DNA of 64,000 nucleotides from Candidatus Bathyarchaeota archaeon. Lineage in GTDB: Archaea > Thermoproteota > Bathyarchaeia > Bathyarchaeales > Bathycorpusculaceae. The position numbers were made by a program, and so were the translations under genes. Location: contig CAWGZR010000005.1 in the NCBI GenBank assembly GCA_963827165.1, positions 288,001-352,000 of the forward strand, in the 5' to 3' direction. The notes under the pieces were generated by a model. That model saw nothing but the letters and a program-made list of their open reading frames with translations. It searched no databases and was not told the origin of the DNA. Every line of letters begins with the position of its first letter. Positions within the stretch are counted from its first letter, which is position 1. Shown in pieces: positions 31,690 to 43,702 of this stretch.

Positions 31690-32573
31690 AGGTTGTTTGG
31701 CGGCTTTACCCAGTTCTGGAATATTAGAACGGATTTTTCAGGCAGTTCAGTTCTTACATTTACTGGCCAGTCTAGCTTTAACTACTGTATGCTTAATCTT
31801 TTCCAAAGCAGCTTCTGGGCCAGTTCATCGAAACCTGGTGGGTAGATTTGAGTTTTGAATATCCATGAGAAACCGCCCCTTTGGCGGATAAGTTCAGTGT
31901 AGGGTTTTAGCCATCTAACGGCAAAAATAGGTTTGAGCCCCAAAAAGTTACACATATCAAGCTTAACATCTAATTCTTCTTGTTCAATAATCATAGGTAG
32001 AGTATTTTTTACTTCTACACCAATCTTTAATTTACCAGAGCGGTGTTTCTGCAACAAAATCAAGATTGTGCCCTGTTTGTGCCCATTCTTGGTCGTTGTA
32101 TTTGTTTGTATGCACCCCTGCAATTATGAAGCCTTGTGCACGCAATTCTGCCTTAACTAGTCCTTTCGAAGTGTTCTCCATAAGCTTTGCAGACATTAGG
32201 ATTAGAGTATTTGTCGATAAGTTTGCAGGTTGATTTCTTGATATGCGCACTGTGATTGAGTGTTGAAAAGGGGGTTTATCTAATTTAGCGTTGAAAAAAG
32301 AAAAAACGGCATGACAATATTTTGTTTTTGTCTCACTTTCCCACACCCGCCTCTTCTTCTTTTTTCTCCTCTACGAGTTGTTGAAATCGTTTGGTATGTT
32401 ATCCATAGGAAGCCTGGCCAGCTTGTGAATACGTTTTTGTATTTGCGTCATGTAGTAAGGCGTTTTTTTTCTGCAGCGCCTAGTTTATCTGGAAATAGTT
32501 TCATGACTTCAGGTTTCGCTTTTAAAATTTCGGGGTCAATTCTTGGTGTCTTTACTTGGTTTTCCGATATCAT
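31690..32573 (-). pseudogene. PD-(D/E)xK restriction endonuclease-like protein, frameshifted (boundaries approximate)
   Basis: HNLDFVAE in one frame continues to IGVEVKN in the next. Confidence 0.6.
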
Positions 32574-32934
32574 CTCGATTTCGGTGCAGTACCTAACATA
32601 TTTACTTATAAAGGGTATAAAACCAAAACCACTTTACATAAATATCTTTTTATTTCTTTTAAAATGAATAATCATTGCTTCGTTAAATCATATCCATCAA
32701 GTTGTCGTTTGTTTGGGTTTTGACTTTTGTTTGAGTTCTTCGAGTACGCTGTCGAACTGGCATTTTGTAGGGTTTACTGCAGGGATTGCCTTATCCTGTT
32801 TAGCGTAACCAAATTTGGTTACGGTGTGGTTGCTGGATGGTTAAAAAGAGCTTAAAAGACAAATGACCGTTTTATGGAATCTGTGATGAATAGACAAATA
32901 TCCGTTGCATACACAGAGACAAAGCCCGTGAATA

Positions 32935-33231
32935 GTGCTCGTGGTCACCTCGAAAAAATTAACTTCAAGAATCGAGGAAACTTTTGATTCAGTGAAAAAT
33001 CCTCGAAAAGAGTTTGCTTTGATGTTTAATGACCCTGATATGCTGCGAAAGGTTATAAACGTTATTTATCCTGTTATGGCGGCTGGAGTGTCCACTCAAG
33101 TAATAATGTTAGGGAAACCGTTTAATCTGTGTATTTCAGATGAAAAACTGGATGTTGCGTACAATAGAATTAAATTCATCTTAAGGAGCCTAGAAAATGG
33201 GGTGCTACGATTAAGGAAGTTTCCAACATAA
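32935..33231 (+). CDS. Hypothetical protein
   Basis: 98 aa ORF; start uncertain. Confidence 0.4.
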   Translation: MLVVTSKKLTSRIEETFDSVKNPRKEFALMFNDPDMLRKVINVIYPVMAAGVSTQVIMLGKPFNLCISDEKLDVAYNRIKFILRSLENGVLRLRKFPT

Positions 33232-33553
33232 GGCATATAGTTAGAAAAGTGTTAGAGCGTGAGCCCTCTGATGAGTTCGATTTAGCTGTAGAGTTTGAAA
33301 CTTTACGTGATTACGATTTTTGGAGGATTGGTTTGGGCAGTTGGAGTGGGACCGCAAGATTCCTCGTGATTATACTCGATGGGCGTTTAATCATGCGCTT
33401 GAGGAGGTGGAGGAGAAAGCAGATTATTTAGATTTGGCCGTCGTACAGAAGTTTGAATATGATCGGCTCTTGAGACTTGATGAACGTTATGGAAAGTTGG
33501 ATAGAAATGGAGTGAGCGGGAGAAATAAAGAGAGGAAGAAGACGACTCTGTAA
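33198..33553 (+). pseudogene. Hypothetical acidic protein, frameshifted in homopolymers
   Basis: Fragments 33249-33431 and 33320-33553 join into one plausible protein. Confidence 0.4.
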
Positions 33554-33609
33554 TATTGAGTCTTTTTATTCGAGTTATGCTTATCCCTTTGTAGTGAGCC
33601 ATTGTCCAA

Positions 33610-35096
33610 TTAGTTAGCTCGGGTTCTATTTTCTTTTAGTTCTTCGATGATGCTGTTGAATTGTTCCAGCGCTGATTGCAGGTTTTCCGCTATTTCTGCT
33701 GCTAAGATTTCGGGCGCTGGCAGGTTTTCTGTGTCTTCTAGGCTTTCGTCTTTGAGCCAGAAAATATCCAAGTTTGCTTTGTCTCGTTGCATAAGCTCAT
33801 TGTAGGTGAAGGCTTTGAAACGTTCTGTTTCTTTCCGGTCATGGCGGTTTTTTGGGTTATAGCATTTTATGAAGTCTTCCAAGTCTTTGTAGGCTAACTG
33901 CTTGTTTTTGAGTGTGAAGTGTTTGTTGGTGCGTAAGTCGTATATCCAGAGTTTTTCGTGTCCAAGGTGTTTCGCTGGCTGGTTTGCGGTCAAAGAAGAG
34001 CACGTTGGCTTTTACTCCTTGAGCATAGAATATGCCAGTTGGCAACCTGAGAAGCGTGTGGACGTCGCATTCATGGAGGATTTTTCGTCTTACGGTTTCG
34101 CCTGCTCCGCCTTCAAAGAGCACATTATCTGGCACAACTATAGCTGCTTTGCCGTTAATTTTCAGAAGTGTTTTGACATGTTGGAGGAAGTTTAGTTGTT
34201 TGTTGCTTGTTGTTGCCCAGAAGTCTTGGCGCTCATAGGTTAAGGCTTCTTTGTCTGCTTTGCCATCGCCATTGGTTAGGGTGACGCTGCTTTTCTTGCC
34301 AAACGGCGGATTAGTCAAAACCATATCGTAGCGTGTGCCGGGGTCAGCTAATCAGCGAATCGCCTGTTTCAATAGGGCATGGCTGGTCAACTTCGCCATC
34401 GATGCCATGAAGAAACAAGATTCATAACACATAAGCGCACAACATTGTCAACTATGTCTTTTCCGGTAAAAGTTTTGAATCTGAGGAATCTTTTCTGTTC
34501 CAAATCAAGTTGAAATTAGCTTGAAATATAGTCGTGGGCTGCAATAATGAAGCCGCCTGTTCCGCATGCTGGGTCGTTAATGGTCATGCCTGGTTTTGGC
34601 TCCATAACCTCAACCATAGCTTTAATAAGTGATCGAGGAGTGAAATATTGTCCAGCACCACTTTTGATGTCTTCAGCGTTTTTTTGAAGCAAGCCCTCGT
34701 AGATTTCGCCTTTAACATCAATATCCATCCCAATCCAAGTTTCATTGTTGATGAGTTCAAGTAGGCGTTTGAGTTTGGCTGGGTCTTGGATTTTGTTTTG
34801 TGCCTTGCGGAAGATAACGCCTAACATGCCTTTCTCTTTGCCCAAAGACTTCAAGCAAGTGGCGATAATGGATTTCGAGTTCTGTTCCGTCTTTAGATGT
34901 TAGGCTTTGCCAATCCAAATCCTTGCGGAATAGTTGAATGTTTATTGAATGGTGGCTTAGTTTGCTCATCAGCCATCTTCAAGAAAAGCAAATAAGTCAA
35001 CTGCTCAACGTAATCGCCATAACTAACCCCATCATCCTTAAGAACATTGCAGTAATTCCAAACTCTCTGAACTATCGATGCTGATTCATTTGACAT
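33610..35096 (-). pseudogene. hsdM: Type I R-M methyltransferase HsdM (N6-adenine), frameshifted
   Basis: GAGQYFTPR, DPACGTGG, TNPPFG, LRLPTGIFY, IYDLRTN. Confidence 0.92.
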
Positions 35097-36547
35097 AATG
35101 AGACAACTCCACTTGATTATTATTTTTAGATTTCTATTGTTGAAACGTTCAGCTTTTATGCGTTCTAACAACTTCTCAGCAGGCTCATCAGCAGGGTCTT
35201 GAGGAACAAGTTTCCCTGCAAAAGCGTCTTTTAAAATACTTTGACGAAATTCTCACTAATGACAATTTGTCTTACAGTTTCTTCAGTTTCATCTAATGAC
35301 GAAAAATACGTTTCAACATTTTCACTATTTCCTTTTGTTCAACAAGTGGTGGAAGGGATCGGTATTGATTTCAAGTATTGTCAGGTTTACATATGATTTG
35401 ACCAGTGCCTAGTTACTTCTTTCAGTCTAATATTTGTAGACCAATTGAGAACATAAAAATAATTCAAATAGTTTGGCAATTTTTCACTGCAAATGGATCC
35501 AAACTAATTAATATGTGCTAAACACAAAGTCTTCTTTGAATTCACCAGTTACAGCGGTCTTGACCAACGATATTTAAAGTTCCATTCTGTTCGAAAACAG
35601 AAATCGTCACTTGGCTAACAGATTAGACTGTTTAATTGATTCTCTTCATTTTGGCATGTTACATAGAATCTACTTCAAGACGAGCCTTAACTATGTTGTA
35701 TTCGTAAAACAGGAAATCCTTCGGTGCTATGGAAAAGTTCCTTTAGGATATTCCATCCTCCTGAATATTAGAAGTTTCACCATATTTGTCCAAACCCATG
35801 TTTCAGGCAACTTGGGAAAATCATGAATCTCGTTATTTAACCATATTTTCGGCTATCTTTTTCTGATCTTTTATGCTTTGGTTACCTATTCTAGCAGTTT
35901 TTGATGCTGATTCTATCTGTTCTTTGTGTGTTTTTCGCCATTTTCTGTTAGTTTCCCTTCAAAGGCGTATTTTAGAACTGCTTGGCGGTAACGCTTAAGT
36001 TGCGCTTGCACTGCAGAGCGATTCTACGCCTGCATCGAGAAAAGAAAACAACTCCTCAACTTGCGAACAATACGAACTTGCTCATTAAATGGGAGCAAAA
36101 GGGATTGATAATTTGCGAATTACTTTTATTTCGATAGGTACGTTCCGTTGTCCGAAGCTTTATTCAATTATGCTTTTTTGAAATATTGATAAATGCACAT
36201 AAAATATATGAATTCAGAAAGATTATGGTTCTACAACGACGCATTTATTTCTGGTCACTGACCTCAGCAGCGAACAGTTTTCCTCGATTGATGCCTAGAA
36301 GGAAACCATGACTGTCTTTTTTGGCACAAGCCTTCTGTTCTAGCCCAAGTATTTGAGAGCTTGTTTCGATCTTTAACAATAAATTTCCCAGAATTGTAGG
36401 TCAGTTGGTTTGAGAATGGATAATATTTCCATAATTTCTGAGCAAGCTTGGAGGTGTTGTTCCCGTTACAACATTACCAATTGTTGAGACAGTTTACCGA
36501 CGCCCATCCGTTAGGCAACTGAGGAGATTAGCTATTTTCCTACTCAC
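35086..36547 (-). pseudogene. hsdS: Type I R-M specificity subunit HsdS, heavily frameshifted
   Basis: N-terminal LPNGW, central YRQAVLKYAFEG, C-terminal RQSILKDAFAGKLVPQDPADEPAEKLLERIK; lies between hsdR and hsdM. Confidence 0.85.
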
Positions 36548-39301
36548 TTTGTTAGCACCATGTTTAGTTCTTCTAGTGTTTTGTTTAGTTCTTTTCCGAA
36601 TAGTTGGTAGGCTTTGACTGCTCCGCCTTTCTGGTTAAAGGGTGATAGTTCGAAGGCGTCTATTCCAACGTTTAGGCTGGTGGTTATGTGTTGTTTTATC
36701 ATGTTTAGCCATTCAGTCTGTTCAGGCGTGAATTGTTTGCCATGGCTTTTTTGGTTGTTTAGCCATGCATTAAAGTTGCGGTCTACTTCGTCTGGGAAGG
36801 GCTCTAAAACGTTAGCTGAGCCGACTGCGAAGCGGACAAGAGAAACAATGTTGGTTAAGAGTTTCTGTGGACCGGCACCCAACACTTTTGATTTTTCCAA
36901 CTGTTCATAGGCAAGCCAAACGAGTTCAGGCGTCAAGTTATACGGTGGCTTCTTGATTGCATCAGCGAACTCTTTAATGGCGCCATAGGTTAATTGCCTT
37001 CTTCCAAAGGGTTGGCTGTAAATAATTTGAAGCGCCGTTAACTCATCTTTGTTCTTCTCGATAAAGTCTTTGAAAGATTTAACCGTTAATTTGAGCTTTC
37101 TCAGACGACTGCCTGGATCATGACCCTGCGGAAACCACTTCGTCTTTACTGACGTTGTCGATGGTTTGCTCATTTGCTCTGTTTAATCTCTATGACTTTG
37201 TTTCTGAACTCGGGCATATCAAAAACAGCACACGCAACCTTAGCCAATTCGTCAGCGCCCTTTTTAAATTGTAGGGGGTTGGGTTATCGGTTTTGAAGAG
37301 TTGTTTTGCTTTTTCAAGTTGCTTATCTGGGTCAACAGCATCTAATAATTCATTGATAACTTCTTTGAGCGTTTTCCTCCACCGCTTCGTTTTCAATCTC
37401 TTTGTGGAGCCTCATCCAATTCACGGTCAAAACGGGCAAGCGTCCAGCCAAAGAAGTCAAAGTATCAGTATCCCTAACACCCATAGCAACTGAATCCAAC
37501 AACTTATCAAAAGGAACTACTTCGCTTACGCTCTAACGGGCGGGAATCAGTTTTGTCGCTCTCACAAACACCCACCGCATCAACTATAACAAAATGGGTC
37601 TTGCTTCAGCATCCCCCGTAACCGACTTCAAATCAGTATCGGAAATAGTTCTTGTGCCCCGACCTTTCATCTGCTCAAAATAGACGCTTGAATGAATATC
37701 ACGCATAAACAACAAACACTCAAAAGGGCGAATGTCTGTGCCTGTAGAAATCATATCCACTGTAACCGCAACCCGTGGATTATACGAGTTTCTAAAGCTG
37801 GCAATCAAAACCTCAGTGGGTTCTCGCTATTGGTGCGGTAAGTAATTTTCTTGCAGAAATCATTTCCTTTGCCAAATTCTTCACGAATAATCTCAACAAT
37901 GTCCTCAGCATGGCTGTCATCCTTAGCAAAAACCAAGGTTTTAGGAACTTCTTTCGCCCAGGAAAAATCTCCGTAAACAGTTTGTCTCTGAAAGTGCGGA
38001 TAACCGTTCTTATCTGATCCTTAGCTACAACACTGCGGTCAAGCGCCCTAGCCTCATACTCTAAATCATCAGCTAACTGCTCCCAACGTACTTTGCGGCT
38101 TAGCTTATCACGTTTGTCAACATAAAAGCCAGCCTCAACCTTGCTGCCGCCACCAGTAATCTTTGTGTTAATGCGGTAAACATCATAGCCAACATTTACC
38201 CCGTCAGCTACGGCTCGGTCATGTCCATACTCCATAACAAATTCTGGTTAAAGAAACCCAAAGTTTGCTTAGAAGGCGTCGCCGTTAACCCAATGATGAA
38301 TGCGTCAAAATACTCAAGCACTTGACGCCACAAGATGGTAAATCGAGCGGTGGCACTCATCAGTAATTATCACATCAAACATTTCAAGAGGAATCTCAGG
38401 GTTATACACTACGTCAACGGGTTTAGTGTCTTTTTGGGGTAACTCAAAAGAGGAGGCTTCCTCGTTTTCCTCCAAAAAATCCTCACCGCGAAGCATAGCA
38501 TAGAGCCGTTGAATAGTTGTAATGCAAACTCTGCTTACTGAATCAATATTACGGGAAGTTAACCGTTGAACATTATACAACTCGGTGAACTTGCGGCCAT
38601 CATCAGGCGTTCCTATATTGCTGGAACTCCTGCAAAGTCTGTTTGGCTAAAGTATTGCGGTCAACTAAAAACAAAACCCGCCGAGCACCACCAAACTTTA
38701 TCAAACGGTAAACTTCGGTAACTGAGGTAAACGTTTTGCCACTGCCAGAAGCCATTTGAATTAACGCTCTGGGACGCGAATTAGCTAACGACAACTCCAA
38801 GTTCTCTAAGGCTTCAACTTGGCAATCACGCAACCCCTCCTTGATCAAAGGCGACATAGACCGCAAACGCTGCCTAAGCGTGCTCTCCTCATGCACCCAC
38901 TCATGCAACGTCTCAGGCTTATGAAAAGCAAAAACATGCCTCGAACGGCAATCGGGGTCACGCAAATCCCTAAAAAACGTCTCTACTCCCGTGCTTTCAT
39001 AAGCAAAGGGTAAAACATCGCCAACATGGGGGATATTCTGGGGCAAACTATGCAGATACTTCTCTGTCTGCTCCGAAACCCCACTTAAAGTCGTGCCTTC
39101 AGACTTAGCCTCCACAACACCTATGGCATGACGCTCAACAAATAACAAATAATCTGCAAACCCAGCTCCACTCAAAGGAAACTCGCGAACCGCAACGCCA
39201 ACACCGGCACCAAGGTTCAAATCCTTGTAATCCTGCACTAACCATCCTGCAGCTTCAAGCAACGCATCAATTTTTTTGCGAGCGGATTCCTCTGGTTTCA
39301 T
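36544..39301 (-). pseudogene. hsdR: Type I R-M restriction subunit HsdR (EcoEI-like), frameshifted
   Basis: ADYLL..VVEAK nuclease, MASGSGKT, DECHR, GLTATP, VDMISTGTD, QMKGRGTR. Confidence 0.92.
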
Positions 39302-39538
39302 GTTAGGGCAACACCATTTTTGGCTTGATTTAGTTATAGATGAATGCTTTAACTTTTAACACTTCTTAATTTGCTATCAAAAAATAAACCCCCAACTAAG
39401 AAATTAATACCTAAAAACAACAGGTCACAGCAGTCACACTGGTCACGGTATTTTCTTGCAGGAGTTTACTGCCGATATTGAAGGGATATACAGTCTTTTA
39501 CGGCTGGAGCTACCGTGGATTCCATTGTTAATTTTTCT

Positions 39539-39757
39539 ATCGCCTTTTACGATGCTTTAGCCGACGACGAAAGCGCTAAGCAGGTTCTTGGCGATAAAAC
39601 TTTGCAGGTTATCGCAAGAGAACTTGTAGACATGGTTAGAAAAAACGTGACCATCGACTGGACTCTGCGAGATAGTGTATAAGCGAAATTGCGAGTGATG
39701 GTTAAGCAAATACTCAAAAAATATGGTTACCCACCCGACAAACAAGAAAAAGCCCTT
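39539..39757 (+). pseudogene. C-terminal relic (DUF3387-like) of a second, different HsdR
   Basis: [58 protein letters not shown] with one in-frame stop. Confidence 0.8.
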
Positions 39758-39850
39758 ATTCTTGGAAAAATGGGGTGGTGCATTAAACTAGAGTAATTTT
39801 TGATAGTTCAAGATTAAACAAAAAATAAGGGAGGGGTTGGGTATTATGAG

Positions 39851-40066
39851 TCAAGTGAAGCTTTCAAACATTGCCCAAAACATTGCGGTATCTCCAGAAA
39901 CCGCAACTCCGCTACTGATTACTTTGTATCCTTCTGATGCTTTTTTGTTAAGTGCTTTGTTCCAGTCCTCTAACTCTTTTGTTTCTTGCCAAGTTCCTTT
40001 TTCGCCTTTTGCTAACCCTACAATCGTGGGAATATGATATGGTCGGTACATAGTCGTATATTTCAT
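39851..40066 (-). CDS. Small hypothetical protein
   Basis: GAGGG RBS, ATG, LNKKASEGYKVIS motif. Confidence 0.55.
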   Translation of the reverse strand: MKYTTMYRPYHIPTIVGLAKGEKGTWQETKELEDWNKALNKKASEGYKVISSGVAVSGDTAMFWAMFESFT

Positions 40067-40120
40067 TCTAATCCCTCACATGATAACCTATATTATCCAT
40101 TTCTCTTGTTTTAAATTGAT

Positions 40121-40564
40121 TTATTCTACCCAGTAAGTTCTGTAATCGTAGCCATCTTCAGTTTCGGTGCCTGTTTTGATAAGCCCTTTTTTAGCTAGTT
40201 TGGTCCCAGAAAATGCATTGCCTCTACTTACATCCCCCTTGTTCCTTCCATCAAAAAGCGTTGGGAACCGTTTCATCATCTCTTCAGCTAGTTGTTCTGA
40301 CCAAGCCGCATTAGCTTTGCCATGGTGTTTTTCATAGAGAACTGTTAACATAGCTGCACTATGTTGGTTATCCTCATGGTCAGGGTAGAGTTTTTTTATT
40401 TCTTCGGAGAACTCTTGTTTGATTTCTGATTGTTGTTGGGCGAGCTGAACTCCTTTGTATTCACCTAGGACTTTGTTTAATTTCGCTATCAGCTCAGGAA
40501 TATTCTTGGCTTTTACGGTTACAACTATTTCGTTATTTTCTACTTCCATTTCACTTCGCCTCAA
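40121..40564 (-). CDS. Hypothetical protein, possible C-terminal wHTH
   Basis: LAKKGLIKT..RTYWV wing-like end. Confidence 0.55.
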   Translation of the reverse strand: MRRSEMEVENNEIVVTVKAKNIPELIAKLNKVLGEYKGVQLAQQQSEIKQEFSEEIKKLYPDHEDNQHSAAMLTVLYEKHHGKANAAWSEQLAEEMMKRFPTLFDGRNKGDVSRGNAFSGTKLAKKGLIKTGTETEDGYDYRTYWVE

Positions 40565-40695
40565 TTTTTACCATTGTAAGTGAAATCACCACATCAATAG
40601 TAACTTCACCTTAACAATAATGTTATATTATAGTTACTTAGTATTTAACTATACTGATACCTAAAAATTAAAATGAAGTGAGGAAAGGCTGAAAA

Positions 40696-41642
40696 ATGAG
40701 CATACAAACAGATATTGACTCTTTAAAAGTCGAATTAAAACGGGTTAATGACAAATTAACTCAAATATCTACAACATTAGATTTGCAACAAAGGCGTTTT
40801 GAAACCTTTTTTGAAATCCAAGATACATCAATTGAGGCTATGTCAATCATTCGCTATTATGCTTCTAGGGCTGAAAATATGACCGCCCATGAATTAAAGG
40901 AAGGAATTATGAGTTGTCTTGAGCGATTAGAAGAAATTCGCTGCTCGACTCAAGAAGCAAACTTGCAGGAAATGGTTCAAGAAAAACAACAATTCATTTT
41001 TGGCGCACTTCTAGATTTTGGCAAAACGAAAAAAAATTCCTCCAGGAGAAGTATTCACTTTAATCAACGAAACGCTTGGTCCTCAAGGAACAGAAGCAAC
41101 AGTGAACATTAATGAAGTTGCCAGAGTCTTCGGGGTAGCAGAAGCATCAAGCTGGAAAACATTAGTTGGTTCATAAAGTTCACAAAATCGACGATGTAGA
41201 AAGTGTGAATTATGAGTGTAACGGGAAAGCTATCCGAGCAATATGTAAGTTACTGGTATGGAAAACAAAACCCGCCTGTTACCTTTAACAAAAAGCATTC
41301 GAAGGGGTGTGACCTAAGTCCACTAGCTATGAATTACATGTGGAAGTCAAAGGCACATCAGAAATAGAATTCAGTAAATTTCGACCATATTTTACGCTCG
41401 CACAGCTAGATTTAGCCATTGCAAAAGGTCGAAATTACAAAATTCACATCTTGCTAGGAGTCGATGATTTTGGAAACCCAAATGAACATTGGATTGCAGA
41501 TGGCACCGTTTTTAGCGGTTATGCTAATTTTGTAATAGCCACAAAGAAATTCTTAGAAAACTGGAAGACAACAAGTAAAGAACAACTAAAACCTGATGTC
41601 ACGGTATTTTTGAGAAATTTGGAAGGATTTAAAAAGATTTAA
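40696..41642 (+). pseudogene. Coiled-coil protein plus DUF3883/NOV-C-like PD-(D/E)xK nuclease domain, frameshifted
   Basis: Coiled-coil N-part (40696-41112); C-part with HVEVKGT..FTLAQ. Confidence 0.5.
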
Positions 41643-41689
41643 CCCTTTTCTGGAAAATCGCTCTTTCAGATACACAAGCAAATGAACAA

Positions 41690-41985
41690 ATGAGCGCCCT
41701 TCCCGCAACCATAATTTCGGTTCACCCAGAAACAGGAATGACAATGGTTATTCCCTTTACTAAAAACCCAGATTGTATTCGCTTTTCATAATCATATCTA
41801 GTTTAAGAAGCCAAATACAAACGGAATCATCTTGATTCAGTAGCCTTAATTTTTCAAATGCGGTGCTTAAGCAATTCCACGGCGAGATTCCTATACAAAA
41901 TGGGAACTATTGAAGATACACACCTTTATCAAATCAAAACGCTCATAAAAAACTACTTGGCTATCGGAAGCAACAATTACCCTAA
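41690..41985 (+). pseudogene. PemK/MazF-like toxin fragment
   Basis: Across frames: GMTMVIPFT..PNTNG..DSVALIFQMRCLS..KMGTIEDTHLYQIKTLIKNYL. Confidence 0.55.
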
Positions 41986-42050
41986 CTTGGCTTTTTCACT
42001 CTTAAACTAAACTGTACTAAACAGAATTTTGTTTAGTTCAGCGATAAAAG

Positions 42051-42542
42051 TTAAACGTTTTTTGTTATACTAGCCGCTCGAAGATATCGCATTGAAACGG
42101 TCAATCGATTTCTGCTTAAGCTGTTTTTTATACCGTTGTTTATTTTTGTATCTCCTTTTCCTCTGCTTGCATGGCCAAAGCGGGCAATTTTCCAATTCTT
42201 GAGGTTTCCACGTATAATCTGGGGGTTGCTTGTGACTATGTAGAAAGGCATTTTTGTCTGCGAAGTGTAGAGCTCAGCTATGAAGCTTAAAAGCAGCTTT
42301 CCAACGCCGATACCTTGGTAATCAGGTAAAACAACTAATCTGCTTACTCTATAATAATTTGACTTCATACGAGTGTGAACTACAGCGATGAATGCTATTG
42401 GCTTATCCTGATAGACTGCTATGTAGCACCGCGCAGTTGAAGCCAATGAGCCGTTTAGATAGTGATAGTGTCGAAACATCTTCCAAAGAGAAGCGCCGCA
42501 CCGATAAACCTTGAGTTCAACGGGCGGCCGACTTCTTTTTTT
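42051..42542 (-). CDS. GNAT (Mom-like) acetyltransferase domain, in -1 frame relative to the upstream ABC ATPase
   Basis: WKMFRHYHYLN, RVSRLVVLPDYQGIGVG acetyl-CoA motif, TSNP; frame open back to the A7 run. Confidence 0.85.
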   Translation of the reverse strand, partial: KKRSRPPVELKVYRCGASLWKMFRHYHYLNGSLASTARCYIAVYQDKPIAFIAVVHTRMKSNYYRVSRLVVLPDYQGIGVGKLLLSFIAELYTSQTKMPFYIVTSNPQIIRGNLKNWKIARFGHASRGKGDTKINNGIKNSLSRNRLTVSMRYLRAASITKNV

Positions 42543-43135
42543 CGGCTAAACTCCATTGTGTCAGTGCAGAAAACCCAGTCTGGCTCTAACCAATCAACCA
42601 CATCGTAATGGCAAGTAACAGCTATGAACTTCATCTTTGATCGTCTGACAGCCTTGCTGATTGCATATGCGCTTACTTTAGCTATTTCCCTATCAACAAC
42701 GCTCGTAAACTCATCAAAAACAATCAAAGGTTTATCAAAGCATAGGGCATGGGCTATGTCTACTCGCATCTTTTCCCCTTGGCTAAGACACTCATAGCTT
42801 TTAAGCCAGTCAGGTGGAGAAGCAAAACCCACACTGCAAAGAGCTCTCGTAATCTCACCGGTCTCAAGCTGCTCGGGAAAATCATCCAAGACGCATTTAT
42901 GTGTGTATTCAAAGCCTCTTATGTACGCATCAGGGAAAAGCTGCTTAGCAATGCTTGTTTTACCCGAACCACTACGACCAACAATGATGCCAACTTGCCA
43001 CTCATCATCTTCAATAGGAAGAGAGCCTTTGAACTGCTTCTCCAACTTAACATCTGACAACGTATAGCTGCCTACAACACTTAGCGCTCTAAAAGTGTCG
43101 GCTTGATCCCAATGTTTTACAACGTCAAAATCCGT
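42455..43135 (-). CDS. Soluble ABC-type ATPase of a ParB-ABC-GNAT module (start at TTG 43060 or ACG 43135)
   Basis: GRSGSGKT, LSQGEKMR, FDEFTSVVDR, TCHYD; no permease nearby. Confidence 0.88.
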   Translation of the reverse strand, partial: TDFDVVKHWDQADTFRALSVVGSYTLSDVKLEKQFKGSLPIEDDEWQVGIIVGRSGSGKTSIAKQLFPDAYIRGFEYTHKCVLDDFPEQLETGEITRALCSVGFASPPDWLKSYECLSQGEKMRVDIAHALCFDKPLIVFDEFTSVVDREIAKVSAYAISKAVRRSKMKFIAVTCHYDVVDWLEPDWVFCTDTMEFSRKKEVGRPLNSRFIGAALLFGRCFDTITI

Positions 43136-43674
43136 AGCTTATACCCCTCCAACTTTAGCTTCTCAAAAATACTTTTCTGATTAACTTCATCCTTGCACTC
43201 TACGATTATTTCATAAGTCTCAGGAATAGAGAGCGAGACGTCACGTTCGCCTAACTCCTCAGGCAATTTCTCACCTATTGATTCAAGGAGCGCCTTTAAA
43301 TCATCTTTTTCACCCATCTGCAGTATGCGTATGTACTCGACGTTGTCCAACTCTTTGTTGTGTTTGCCTTTTAGCTTGTTGAGGATTTGCCTAAGCATCC
43401 TTCTATCCACATCACTGACTGGTAAGCGCAGAACGGGCGCGTAGAACTCGCTATGCTGCTTGCACACTTCAGCTCGTTGCTCGCCATCAGCATACACGCC
43501 GTCCTTGTTAGTTATTATTGGGTAAGCCCAACCGTACTTTTGCAGACTATGCCAAATCTGCTCTTGCTGCTTAACTGTGGTTCGGTTAGGATTGTTCTGG
43601 TCTGCAGTTAAAAGACGAATATCTTCACAAAGGGGCATAGGCTTCTGGAATTCTAAGGGTAGTCTTATTTTCAT
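43117..43674 (-). CDS. ParB/sulfiredoxin N-terminal domain protein
   Basis: NNPN, SLQKYGWAYPII, DGEQR, LNKLKG. Confidence 0.8.
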   Translation of the reverse strand: MKIRLPLEFQKPMPLCEDIRLLTADQNNPNRTTVKQQEQIWHSLQKYGWAYPIITNKDGVYADGEQRAEVCKQHSEFYAPVLRLPVSDVDRRMLRQILNKLKGKHNKELDNVEYIRILQMGEKDDLKALLESIGEKLPEELGERDVSLSIPETYEIIVECKDEVNQKSIFEKLKLEGYKLRILTL

Positions 43675-43702
43675 TCATGAAACATTCGGTTTAAAACTAA
43701 GA

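Noticed and set aside
33610-39301. Phase variation or programmed frameshifting in hsd genes
   Set aside because: Too many scattered indels, shared with neighbouring genes; error or decay is simpler.
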